Shown here piece after piece: positions 1 through 10,995 of a stretch of DNA of 64,000 nucleotides. Position numbers and translations under genes: made by a program. Each line of letters begins with the position of its first letter. Position 1 is the first letter of the stretch. The DNA is from Candidatus Aminicenantes bacterium (GTDB taxonomy: Bacteria > Acidobacteriota > Aminicenantia > Aminicenantales > JAFGBC01): the NCBI GenBank assembly GCA_963702005.1, contig OY969696.1:3200001-3264000 (forward strand), read 5' to 3'. The notes under the pieces were generated by a model, which did no database searches, had not been told where the DNA came from, and saw only the letters and a program-made list of their open reading frames with translations.

Positions 1-843
1 GAAGACGCCCGGCTGGCGGATGCCCATGGCGATGTTGACGCCGTGGTAGAATTCGCTCTCCACCCAGTTTTGATCCCGCTCGGCCGAGAGGATGGGCGAT
101 GTCCAGTCCGAGGTCCGCTCGAAGAGGCGCTTGCCCAGGTTGAGGAGCCAGGCTTCCCCCGTCCTGTTGTAGAGCCAGTAGACGCTTTCGAGGTTGTCGC
201 CGCCGCGGAGCTTCTGCCAACTGCCGGGCAGGAGCTTGTCGACGGGGAGGTCGAACTCGTAGCGGAAGTACCCGGTTATCAGGGGGAGGACGCGATCGTC
301 GCCGGTCGCCTCATAATAGCTCTGAAAAGCGAACAGCATGACCATGTTGGGCCACAGGTCGAAGTTGGCTTTGTTCCCGGCCGGCCCGAAATAGCCGTCC
401 GGCTGCTGGGAGCGGAGGGCCACCTCCAGCCAGCGCCGGGACCGGGCGATGATATCAGGATCCTTGAGGACATAGCCAAGGTCGCCGTAGCCCTTGAGCC
501 AATAGGGCATCTCCTCCCATCCCTTGCCCTTGGGATCGATCCAGCCGCTGTCGGACTTGAGGAACCGGCTGATGTCTTCGAGCCGGCCCGTGAATCCATC
601 GCGCATGAGCTGGAGCTGGCTCGCCAGCCAGCCTTTGGGATCGATCGCCCCGATCGGAAGCTTGATGAGCGGAGCGGGCCGGAGCGGCGGCCGGTTTGAC
701 ACATAGAAATGGCTGGCCCCCTCCAGGGGAGGGGTCGGGACGCTCTTAACGGTCGAGACCATGGTTGCCTCCATGGAAGCGGAATAAGACAGGATGAGCA
801 GGACTAAGAGAACTCCGAAGATCGCTTTGTTTTTTCCGGTCAT
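1..843 (-). CDS. Secreted glycoside hydrolase, GH127/GH146 (DUF1680, beta-L-arabinofuranosidase-like); 5' part only, runs off the left edge
   Basis: Absent from the ORF track. Hand translation from ATG 843 (GGAGG RBS upstream): MTGKNKAIFGVLLVLLILSYSAS... LPIGAIDPKGWLASQLQLMRDGFTGRL... GWEEMPYWLKG... HGVNIAMG, motifs typical of this family. Confidence 0.75.
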   Translation of the reverse strand, partial: MTGKNKAIFGVLLVLLILSYSASMEATMVSTVKSVPTPPLEGASHFYVSNRPPLRPAPLIKLPIGAIDPKGWLASQLQLMRDGFTGRLEDISRFLKSDSGWIDPKGKGWEEMPYWLKGYGDLGYVLKDPDIIARSRRWLEVALRSQQPDGYFGPAGNKANFDLWPNMVMLFAFQSYYEATGDDRVLPLITGYFRYEFDLPVDKLLPGSWQKLRGGDNLESVYWLYNRTGEAWLLNLGKRLFERTSDWTSPILSAERDQNWVESEFYHGVNIAMGIRQPGVF

Positions 844-861
844 GACGCCTCCGGCGAATCG

Positions 862-1317
862 CTAAGACAGCCTCTTGATGATATGCCAGCCGTATTTGGA
901 ATCCTTGGGATCGTGTTCGGCGAGGCCGATGCCGCCAACCTTGAGCCGGAAAGAGACGTCGCCGAAGGCCTTGACCATCTTGGCCCGGGCGTATTCCTTT
1001 TTGGCGGCGTCGGGAGCGATCCCGAAGTTGGACAGGCTGTAAACCCCGGGATACTCGTCGTCCGTGAATTGTTTGACGAGGGCGTCGAAGTCCTCTCCCT
1101 TCCTGGCCCGGGCGTAGAGCGCGAAGGCGAGCTCGCGGGCCTCCCGGAGGGACCGGGTGACCTTGGCCTCGGGGATTGACCCCTGAAAGGCGATCAGGAT
1201 GTGCTGAACCGTGACCCGGTCGGGGGCCTTCCGGGAACAGGCGGCCGGACCGAGAACGGCGGCGGCCAAAAGCAGGGCGGCCGGAATCGCTTTTCGGAAA
1301 ACGGAAGAGCTGATCAT
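862..1317 (-). CDS. Parvulin/PpiC-type peptidyl-prolyl isomerase, probable lipoprotein
   Basis: VQHILI, GEDFDAL, MVKAF and YGWHIIK motifs; lipobox-like PAAC; start chosen at ATG 1317 behind GAGAGG. Confidence 0.85.
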   Translation of the reverse strand: MISSSVFRKAIPAALLLAAAVLGPAACSRKAPDRVTVQHILIAFQGSIPEAKVTRSLREARELAFALYARARKGEDFDALVKQFTDDEYPGVYSLSNFGIAPDAAKKEYARAKMVKAFGDVSFRLKVGGIGLAEHDPKDSKYGWHIIKRLS

Positions 1318-1318
1318 T

Positions 1319-2263
1319 TCAACCTCTCTCATCGAATCCCGGGGATCCGGGGTTTGGAAGCATCAGGCGGCCGCGGATATAGCGAATAATGGCGGCCGCG
1401 ATATTACGGACGAGCGCGTCCGGGACGCCGTCGATCGCCCGGGATTGGAGCCGAACGTCGCAGGATTCGTTGACGTAGTCGATGACGATGAACCGGCCGT
1501 CGGGCGCCAGGGCGATCTCGGTCGAGAAGAAGCGGAGCCGCGAAACCCCGGCGATCCGGGACACGACCTCGAACAGCGGCAGGAGGCCAAAGCCCTCGAC
1601 GTCTTCCGCCGAGAGCTCCCGGTAGCGGTGGGTCAGGTCGTCCCACCAGGCGCACTGGACGAGCCCGCAGCTGTAGAAGCCCCGGAACCAGAAACGGCGG
1701 CCGTCGCGCTCGAGGGGCCTGACTTTTTCCTGGACGAGGTACTTGTCGTCTCTGTATTCGCGCCTGGCGCCGAGGACGTCCTCGATTGAGACGGCGTTCT
1801 TGATAACGCCGATGCTCCCGCCCGTCGTGTTGGCGGGCTTGATGACGAAGGGCCGACCCAGGCGTTCGAGGTTGTCCGCGGCGATCTCGACCGCCTCGCT
1901 TCGGCTGAAGGGCGGGAGGATGACCGTGAACGGGGTCTGCAGGCCGGCCGTGATGAACTCGAGATGCATGGTCGCCTTGTCCGACGCCCAACGCAGGCTC
2001 TCGATCGGGTCGATGACGTCGATGCCGCGCCCGGCCAGGATTCTTTGGAGCGGGAGGAAATCGGGCGTCGTCGACGACGCGCGGTCGAACAGGAACCGGA
2101 CGGCGAGCTCGCCGGACTCGAGGCCGGCCAGGACGGCGCCGAGTCCGGAGGGAGGGATGGTCAGCGTCGAGAGCCCGAAGCCTTGAGCCTCTTCCCGGCA
2201 GAGGGCGATGAAATCCGCGTCGTATTCCCAGTCGTAGGCGAAGGCCAAGTCGACCGTAGTCAT
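1319..2263 (-). CDS. ATP-grasp domain protein
   Basis: ASDKA, PFVIKPA-GGSIGV, YLVQEKV and VIDYVN motifs. Confidence 0.7.
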   Translation of the reverse strand: MTTVDLAFAYDWEYDADFIALCREEAQGFGLSTLTIPPSGLGAVLAGLESGELAVRFLFDRASSTTPDFLPLQRILAGRGIDVIDPIESLRWASDKATMHLEFITAGLQTPFTVILPPFSRSEAVEIAADNLERLGRPFVIKPANTTGGSIGVIKNAVSIEDVLGARREYRDDKYLVQEKVRPLERDGRRFWFRGFYSCGLVQCAWWDDLTHRYRELSAEDVEGFGLLPLFEVVSRIAGVSRLRFFSTEIALAPDGRFIVIDYVNESCDVRLQSRAIDGVPDALVRNIAAAIIRYIRGRLMLPNPGSPGFDERG

Positions 2264-2291
2264 GTTCGGGGCCATTATAGCACAGGCGGCT

Positions 2292-2915
2292 TTAGCCCAG
2301 GACCCGGACGAGACCCAGGCTGAGGTACAGGACGCCGGCGATGACGGCCGCGAGCTGGGCGATCGCCCGCAAGACGGGGTCCCGGGCCAAGCCGCCGGCT
2401 CCGGCGAGAGGAAGCAGAAAGACCGACGTGACCAGGAAGAAGACGGCGAAAAAGACGAGGCCGTAGCCGGGTCGTCCCGCCGCGATGACGTCGGTGAGCG
2501 CGGCCAGAAAGGGCGGGCAGAGGTTGAAGCCCATGAACAGGCCGAGGACCAGGGGCGTTCGCGCCCGGCCCAAAAGCGGGCCCAACCTCCGGCACAAGGC
2601 CAAGCCGGGGAAGCCGCGGACGAGTCCGAAGATGATCATCATCAGACCGATCCCGATATAGGGAATACCTGCCAACCCCGGGGGGAAGCGGCCCTGCAGA
2701 AGCCCTCCCGCCGCGCCGGCCGCCAGGCCGACCAGGAGATAGGCCGCCAACCGTCCGGCCACGAATTGAAGGAACGGGGCCCAGCGGGCGGCCGCGCCCT
2801 TCCTCTCCTCGGCCAGCAGGACCGGGAGGAGGACCGGGGCGCACGTCCCGAGGCAGAGGAGCCCCGTCGAAAGACCCAGGACAAAAGCGCGAGCGGCCGC
2901 CTCGAATAGGTTCAT
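2292..2915 (-). CDS. Membrane protein, DsbD_2/TauE-SafE-like
   Basis: Hydrophobic; CLGTCAP, GRL-AY and GFNLCPP motifs. Confidence 0.7.
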   Translation of the reverse strand: MNLFEAAARAFVLGLSTGLLCLGTCAPVLLPVLLAEERKGAAARWAPFLQFVAGRLAAYLLVGLAAGAAGGLLQGRFPPGLAGIPYIGIGLMMIIFGLVRGFPGLALCRRLGPLLGRARTPLVLGLFMGFNLCPPFLAALTDVIAAGRPGYGLVFFAVFFLVTSVFLLPLAGAGGLARDPVLRAIAQLAAVIAGVLYLSLGLVRVLG

Positions 2916-2940
2916 CGGTCAGCCCTTCGGAGCCGAACCG

Positions 2941-3153
2941 CTATTTCCGGACGTCGCTCCTGTCGAGCTGGAGCTCGCCCGTCGCGCTGAATCGGCCTTC
3001 GCGGAGCGGGATCTTCCGTCCGACTTTTTCCACGAGGCCGGATCCAAAGGCGAAGAACAGGATGGGGACGAGCAAAACGAGCAGGACGGCGATGAAATAG
3101 ATCAGCCTGATTCTGGCTGTGACGAGAAACGCGCGGATGTTGGCCATGACCAC
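2941..3153 (-). CDS. Small single-TM hypothetical protein
   Basis: One hydrophobic helix; AGGGGAG RBS; fills the gap in an operon. Confidence 0.5.
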   Translation of the reverse strand: MVMANIRAFLVTARIRLIYFIAVLLVLLVPILFFAFGSGLVEKVGRKIPLREGRFSATGELQLDRSDVRK

Positions 3154-3162
3154 TCCCCTTTC

Positions 3163-4356
3163 CTATCTCAAGAGCAGCGAGCCGGTCCTGATGAAATGAA
3201 GAAGCCTGAGCAGGCTCCCGGCGACCATCCCTCCGGAGATGATCCCCCCGAACAGGAGCGCGGCGAAAACGAACAGGCTGTCCGGCCTGAAGACCTCCCG
3301 CCAAAATTTCCCTTTGGCGGCCGCCCCGGCGTCCCCCCGGAGGGGCACGCCCAGCAGGGAGTACTGGATGGCGCCGCGCGGGCAGACCTCCATGCAACGG
3401 CCGCAACGAGTGCAGCTGATCGAGACCTTGTGCTTGGCCAGCGTTTCCTTGGTGATGGAGAAGGTCGGACACTCGCCGACGCAGGCGGCGCATTGGTTGC
3501 ATTTGTCCTTATCGACCCGGACCCGATAGGGATTGATGAGGCCGGCCAGGGATTGGAACGCCCCGAACGGGCAGAACAGCCCGCATTGAGTCCTCCGCTT
3601 CATGAGCAGGGGCAGGATGACGACGAGTCCCAGGAAGAGGCTGATGAAAAGCCCGGTCTGGATCCAGATCAGGAAGTTGACCGGCTTGACGAACTCGGTC
3701 ACGGCCTTGAACGGACAGAACCAGGTGCAGTAGACCGGCTCCAGGGCCAGGAAGGCCCACAGGACGATGACGGAAAGGAGGGCGAAGGGAAACCAGCGGA
3801 GCTTGGGGTTGAAGTTTTTGGAGGACAGTCGCCGTTTGGGAAGAAGCTTGGAGAAAAATTCGTCGAGCCCGCCGTAGAAGCAACCCCAGCTGCACCAGCC
3901 CTTGCCGATCGTCACGGTCGCGCCCAGCCAGAGGAAGAGCATCGGGAAGAAACCGAGGTTGGAGAAGAGCTTGGTCGGAAAGATCAGGACGCCGTAGACG
4001 AGGCCGGGAATGACGAGCATGGGGATGGTCAGGTGGCAGAGCGGCGTCGAAAGGTTGGCGATGTCCTGCCCGGTCAAGGCCAGGTGGCCTCGCTCCTCCA
4101 ACAGCATCGGGATGAATCCGACGACAAAGGCCAGGCTGTAGACCGAGAAGAACAGAGACCGGTAGCGGGAAACGAAGCCGGTCCGGAAGATGAGATAGCC
4201 CAAAGTGGTCAAAAAGACAAGATAGACGGCGCTGGCCGCCATCATCCGGGGATTCCTCTGGTTCCCGCCGATCAGCATGAAGGCCAGGAACAGAAAGAGG
4301 AGGGCTGTCAGGAAGATGGACGCAGCGCGCGAGTGAGAGTTGATGAGGTCTCTCAT
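3163..4356 (-). CDS. Membrane 4Fe-4S protein (NapH/MauN/YccM-like)
   Basis: CxxxC/CxxxCP motifs (WCSWGC, YCTWFCP, QCGLFCP) and two CxxCxxCxxxCP clusters; ATG 4356 overlaps the upstream stop (ATGA). Confidence 0.85.
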   Translation of the reverse strand: MRDLINSHSRAASIFLTALLFLFLAFMLIGGNQRNPRMMAASAVYLVFLTTLGYLIFRTGFVSRYRSLFFSVYSLAFVVGFIPMLLEERGHLALTGQDIANLSTPLCHLTIPMLVIPGLVYGVLIFPTKLFSNLGFFPMLFLWLGATVTIGKGWCSWGCFYGGLDEFFSKLLPKRRLSSKNFNPKLRWFPFALLSVIVLWAFLALEPVYCTWFCPFKAVTEFVKPVNFLIWIQTGLFISLFLGLVVILPLLMKRRTQCGLFCPFGAFQSLAGLINPYRVRVDKDKCNQCAACVGECPTFSITKETLAKHKVSISCTRCGRCMEVCPRGAIQYSLLGVPLRGDAGAAAKGKFWREVFRPDSLFVFAALLFGGIISGGMVAGSLLRLLHFIRTGSLLLR

Positions 4357-5528
4357 GGTGTTTTGACTCCTTCCGCACCGAAACTCACTCGGATCAGGAC
4401 GATCTCGGGGCGGCTCCCGGTCCGGATCGGCGGGCCCCAGGTCCCGACGCCGCAGGAAACGTAGTAGTGGGTCGCGCCCCTCCGCCAATAGCCCCAATTC
4501 TGTTCGTAGACGCTCTTGTTGATGAGGTTGAGCGGGAAGAGCTGGCCGGCGTGGGTATGGCCGGAAAGCTGCAGGTCGACCCCGTTCGCCTCGGCCTCCT
4601 CGAGGCGGAAGGGCTGGTGGTCGAGCAGGATGACCGGCCGCCCGCGGTCCGGCGAGCCGAGGACCTCGGCCAGGCTCTTCCGGCTCTGGCCGAAGCGGAC
4701 GGACGTCGGATCCTTCCGTCCGGCCAGCAGGAACGCGTCGGCAACCAGGACCGTTTCGTCCTCGAGGACCCGGACCCCGGACCGCCTTAAGTATTCGATA
4801 TTCTTGACGATCCCCCCGTAGTATTCATGATTCCCGCTGACGGCGTAGACGCCGAGCGGAGCTTGGATCCCCCGGAGCGTCGCCGTCATCTTCTCTTCTT
4901 CTTCGGCCGGGACGCTTTCGTCCACGACGTCCCCCGGCAGGAGGACGATGTCGGGACGGAGGCCGTTGATCATGGATACGATCTTGGCCAGCCTGGAGTT
5001 CCGGATGATCGTCCCCAGGTGAATGTCCGAGGCCATCACGATCCGGAGGCCTTGGAGGGCGCCGGCCGGCTTGGGGATGGCAACGTCCAACGTCCGGATC
5101 CGCGGCCGGAGGGCGTTGAGGTACCCCCAGACCGCGATGAGGAGCACGGCGGCGGCGACTCCGGCCAGCACCCCGGCGCCGGCCCGGGCGGGATGACGGC
5201 GGACGAAGGCGGGAAAGATATGGAGGAGGCGGTCGGCGAGCCTGAGGATATCGACGAGGAGAACGAAGAGGAAGCCGTAGAGCATGATGGCGAAGTAAAA
5301 AGACCCGACTTGGAGAAGGACGCCGCCCGCCGCCGCATGGAGACCGCGCTCCAGGAAGCGGCCGAGCGGATAGGCGAGGACGAGGATCAGAAACACGCCA
5401 AGAAAACTCCAACCCGGAAGTCCGGCTCCGCTCCAGGCCTGCCAGCCTCTCCGGCCGATATAAAAATTGACCAGCGTATAGATCGTCAGGGCTACAGTCA
5501 GGAAAATGATCAAAGTCAGACTCCTCAT
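4353..5528 (-). CDS. Membrane-anchored calcineurin-like metallophosphoesterase (YkuE/YaeI-like)
   Basis: SDIHLG, GDVVD, GNHE, LDHQP and SGHTHAGQ motifs after N-terminal TM helices. Confidence 0.9.
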   Translation of the reverse strand: MRSLTLIIFLTVALTIYTLVNFYIGRRGWQAWSGAGLPGWSFLGVFLILVLAYPLGRFLERGLHAAAGGVLLQVGSFYFAIMLYGFLFVLLVDILRLADRLLHIFPAFVRRHPARAGAGVLAGVAAAVLLIAVWGYLNALRPRIRTLDVAIPKPAGALQGLRIVMASDIHLGTIIRNSRLAKIVSMINGLRPDIVLLPGDVVDESVPAEEEEKMTATLRGIQAPLGVYAVSGNHEYYGGIVKNIEYLRRSGVRVLEDETVLVADAFLLAGRKDPTSVRFGQSRKSLAEVLGSPDRGRPVILLDHQPFRLEEAEANGVDLQLSGHTHAGQLFPLNLINKSVYEQNWGYWRRGATHYYVSCGVGTWGPPIRTGSRPEIVLIRVSFGAEGVKTP

Positions 5529-5541
5529 TGGGCCGGACGCT

Positions 5542-6093
5542 TCAGTAATCGGGGCGGTTGAACCAAGCGATCTCGGCGAGCGGCAGCCTTTTCTTCTCCT
5601 TGGGCGGCTTCGGCTCATGGTAGCCCATCGCCATCAGCGCCATGACCTTGTAGGATCGCGGGACCTTGAGAAACCTGCGGGCCTTTTTATAATTGAACCA
5701 GCCGATCCAACAGGTTCCCAAGCCGAGCTCCCGGGCTTGAAGGGCGATGTGCTCGCCGGCGATGCCGATATCGATGGAGAGGTAAGGAATCCCTTGGAGG
5801 ACGCTCCCGATCCTGTCGGCCAGGAGATCCGGCTTCCCCAGAATCACGATCAGGACGGGGGCCTGGGCGGCGAACATGGTCGTCTTGTAGATGCCGCTGA
5901 AGACCTCTTTGGCGAAACGGTCCTTGAGTTCGGGATCGTCGATGACCAGAAACCGCCCGGGCTGGGCGTTATGGGCGGAGGGCGCCATCCGGGCGGCCTC
6001 GAGACAGGCCGTGATCTTTTCCCTATCCACCGGCGTCGGAAGATAGTGGCGGACGCTCCTCCGCGCCTCGACGAGATCGCGAAAAGCTCCCAT
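5542..6093 (-). CDS. Nitroreductase family protein
   Basis: RRSVRHY, APSAHNAQP and LGLGTCWIG motifs. Confidence 0.92.
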   Translation of the reverse strand: MGAFRDLVEARRSVRHYLPTPVDREKITACLEAARMAPSAHNAQPGRFLVIDDPELKDRFAKEVFSGIYKTTMFAAQAPVLIVILGKPDLLADRIGSVLQGIPYLSIDIGIAGEHIALQARELGLGTCWIGWFNYKKARRFLKVPRSYKVMALMAMGYHEPKPPKEKKRLPLAEIAWFNRPDY

Positions 6094-6151
6094 GGTCCTT
6101 CTCCTGATCAGCTCATTTTTGCGGTCCCAAACGCGCCGCCCGGTTCGTCGC

Positions 6152-7465
6152 TCATTTAATAAGGAAGAGGACGGTCTGGCGCCCGTCGAGGAACCAGGGA
6201 CCGCCTCTCGTGAAAGCGGCGTCTTCCTCGAGCGCGATGGTGACCTCTTGGCCGCCCCAACCCGGAACGGAGACTTTCGTGTTGAGCTCGATGGAATAGC
6301 AGGTGTCGAAGGCGAGGGGGTAGTCGCCTTGGCCGGGGACTCCGCCCTGCTTATCCCAAAGCCCGATCGTCGGCCCCGCCGCGTGGCCGTGGACGCCGAG
6401 CGGGTGGGTGTAGATGCTCGGCTTGAGGCCGGCCTCCTTGGCTCTTTTCAGGGCGGACGCTAAAACCTCGTTGCCGGTCCGGCCTTCCCCGAACTCGGCG
6501 AGCAGAATGTCCTGAAGGCGGTTCCCGGCCGCAAGAGCGGTCTTCAGCCCCTGGGGAGCGTCCTCCTCGCCGGGTCTCAACACGTAGGCGTGCTCTTGCT
6601 GGTCGGTCTTCAGGCCCAGGTAGTCGATGCCCATATCGCAGTGGAGGAGGTCGCCGCGGCGGATGACCGGGTCCTTGCCGTCTTTGTCCTTGGGCCGCTG
6701 GATGGAAATGGAGGGCGGGAACCAGGTTTCGAGCTTGAGGGCTCGGATCCGTTCCCACATCCACCACTCAACGTCTTCGGCCGTCGTGACGCCCGGCGTG
6801 ATGACGTCCGGCGAGAACGCCTCGGCGATGATGGCGTGGGCGATGGCCGTGATGTGGGGATAGACCTCGAGTTCCTCGGCCGTGCGCCGCTCGAGCCAGC
6901 CCACGGCCAGCCTCTCCGCGGAACCGATCCGGCCCGCCCATTCGGGACCGAGAGCCTTCAGGAAGCGGGCTTTCAGGGAGGCCGTCAGCCCGTCGCCGAA
7001 GGCGAAGATCTCCGATTCGTCGATTCCGATCCGCTTCGGGTTCCTGTCTTTGACGACCCGGGCCAGGCACTCCCATTGATCCTGCTTGTCCTTGTCCGGC
7101 TGCCAGGCCGCCGTATAGAGAGTCCCGATCGGGTAGCGGCCGACCACGATCTTCTCCACCCCCTGGGCGCCCCTGTCGAAGAAGACGAGCATGGACAACC
7201 GCCGGGCCGAGAGCGAATTGGCCGGGACCAGGGTCAGATAGACGGGGTCTTCGTTATACTCCTGGCAGATGACGACCCACATGTCGAACTTCTCCCGCCG
7301 CATAATCTCGGGAAGCACGGTATCGAGGCGGGCTTTGAGCCATCGGTCTTGGACGGCCGCCCGGTCCTTGAGGGGCAGGATGGAGGGCGTCCACGCTTCC
7401 GCGCGAGCGGACTGAAGCCCGGCGCAGACGGCCAGGATGACGAGAATGGGAAGAAATTTTCTCAT
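6152..7465 (-). CDS. Secreted M24 (Xaa-Pro) aminopeptidase
   Basis: Signal peptide; metal ligands in HCDMG...TD, YTHPLG-HGH, SIE and LEED. Confidence 0.88.
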   Translation of the reverse strand: MRKFLPILVILAVCAGLQSARAEAWTPSILPLKDRAAVQDRWLKARLDTVLPEIMRREKFDMWVVICQEYNEDPVYLTLVPANSLSARRLSMLVFFDRGAQGVEKIVVGRYPIGTLYTAAWQPDKDKQDQWECLARVVKDRNPKRIGIDESEIFAFGDGLTASLKARFLKALGPEWAGRIGSAERLAVGWLERRTAEELEVYPHITAIAHAIIAEAFSPDVITPGVTTAEDVEWWMWERIRALKLETWFPPSISIQRPKDKDGKDPVIRRGDLLHCDMGIDYLGLKTDQQEHAYVLRPGEEDAPQGLKTALAAGNRLQDILLAEFGEGRTGNEVLASALKRAKEAGLKPSIYTHPLGVHGHAAGPTIGLWDKQGGVPGQGDYPLAFDTCYSIELNTKVSVPGWGGQEVTIALEEDAAFTRGGPWFLDGRQTVLFLIK

Positions 7466-7522
7466 CGGGTCCTCCGTTAACCATAGAATATAGACTAAAA
7501 CGCGGTCCCCGTAAACTCGGGA

Positions 7523-7552
7523 TTGAACTTAGCGCCCAAAATTTCGTATACT
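7523..7552 (+). promoter_or_regulatory. Putative sigma70 promoter
   Basis: TTGAAC-18 bp-TATACT, followed by an AAGGAGG RBS before ATG 7579. Confidence 0.5.
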
Positions 7553-7578
7553 AAGAAGAGTCAAGGAGGCGTTATACC

Positions 7579-8595
7579 ATGAAAAAAATCGTCATCTTCG
7601 TCCTGGCATTGACCCTGGCCCTCATCCTGCTGATGTCCTGCGCCAAGAAAGGCGGGGGGGTCACGGGCGAAGGGCTGTTGGCCTATCTCCCCAAGGCCAC
7701 CAACGGCGTCATCGTCCTGGATCTCAACCGGATCATGAACACGGACGCCGCCAACAAAGCCATCAAGGAGGACAAGGCCGTCCAGAAGTATCAGGAATTC
7801 ATCCAGAAGACCGGGATCGACCCCCAGAAGGACATCCACTTTGCGGCGATCGGTCTGGCCGGCGACCTGACGGCCAAATCGGCGGAGGCCGCGGTCGTCG
7901 TCAACATGACTTACAAGAAAGACGACCTCATCGCCAAGATCAAGGCCGAGGCCAAGAACCTCCAGGAGTCGACCTATAACGGCGTCACGCTCTACACGGT
8001 CCCCGAGGGCGAAGGCAAGAAGCAGGCTTACCTCGCCTTCCTCGATGCCTCACTGGTCGCCGGTGGCAGCGAGACCTCCATCAAGTCCGTCATCGACGTT
8101 TTCCAGAACAAAGGCGAGAGCGTCCTGAAGAACGAAGCTCTGGCCGGAATCCTCAAGGGCGTTCATAAGGACGCCATGGTCTGGTGCGCTTTCTCCATCC
8201 CGCCCCAAGCCATGGAGATGGCGACCTCCCAGAGCCCGATGCTGGCCAACCTCAAGGGCCTCTACGGCCTGACCATGTTCTTCGACTACAAGAACAAGAG
8301 CCTCATCGCCGAAATCAAGGGGCTCAATAAGGACGAGGCCAAGAACAAGGAAATCGCGACCATGCTCGACGGGCTCAAGGCCATGGGCGCCATGGCCTCG
8401 ACCAAAGACCCGAGCCTGGGCGAAGTCCTCGACAAGATTCAGATCGCCTCGGGCCCAACCGACATCACGATCTCGGCCGACATCCCCGAAGACCTCCTCA
8501 ACAAGCTCAAGGCCAAGGCCGAGGAAAAAGTCCAGGGCATGATCCCCAAGAAGCCCGAGGGCCAGCCAGAGACGCCGAAGGAAGAGAAAAAATAA
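7579..8595 (+). CDS. Hypothetical lipoprotein (DUF3352-like)
   Basis: Lipobox LMSC; strong RBS; highly biased codon usage. Confidence 0.7.
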   Translation: MKKIVIFVLALTLALILLMSCAKKGGGVTGEGLLAYLPKATNGVIVLDLNRIMNTDAANKAIKEDKAVQKYQEFIQKTGIDPQKDIHFAAIGLAGDLTAKSAEAAVVVNMTYKKDDLIAKIKAEAKNLQESTYNGVTLYTVPEGEGKKQAYLAFLDASLVAGGSETSIKSVIDVFQNKGESVLKNEALAGILKGVHKDAMVWCAFSIPPQAMEMATSQSPMLANLKGLYGLTMFFDYKNKSLIAEIKGLNKDEAKNKEIATMLDGLKAMGAMASTKDPSLGEVLDKIQIASGPTDITISADIPEDLLNKLKAKAEEKVQGMIPKKPEGQPETPKEEKK

Positions 8596-8640
8596 TCGAC
8601 TGAAGAGCGGATCAACGGTTCGTTAGATATCGAACTCGGA

Positions 8641-8672
8641 GGGCGGCTTTCCCTCGAAGGCCGCCCGTTTTT
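8641..8672 (+). terminator. Putative intrinsic terminator
   Basis: GGGCGGCTTT/AAGGCCGCCC stem followed by GTTTTT. Confidence 0.6.
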
Positions 8673-8833
8673 CTGAATATCCCCATGACCTCCCTCAAGA
8701 ACAGTGAATAAAAGGGGCAAGGAAGCAGCCGCCTCCTGTCCGCCGGTCACCATCGAGACTGATTATCCTCGCTTGTCAAAATTCATTTTTTTCAATATCG
8801 TATCAAGCATCAGAAAATGAAGGAGTATTGCGC

Positions 8834-10936
<2,103 letters not shown>

Positions 10937-10995
10937 AATCCCGGGCAGGATATAAGATCGTCCTGCCGGCAAGGAATATCGGGAGGCCCGCTCAG

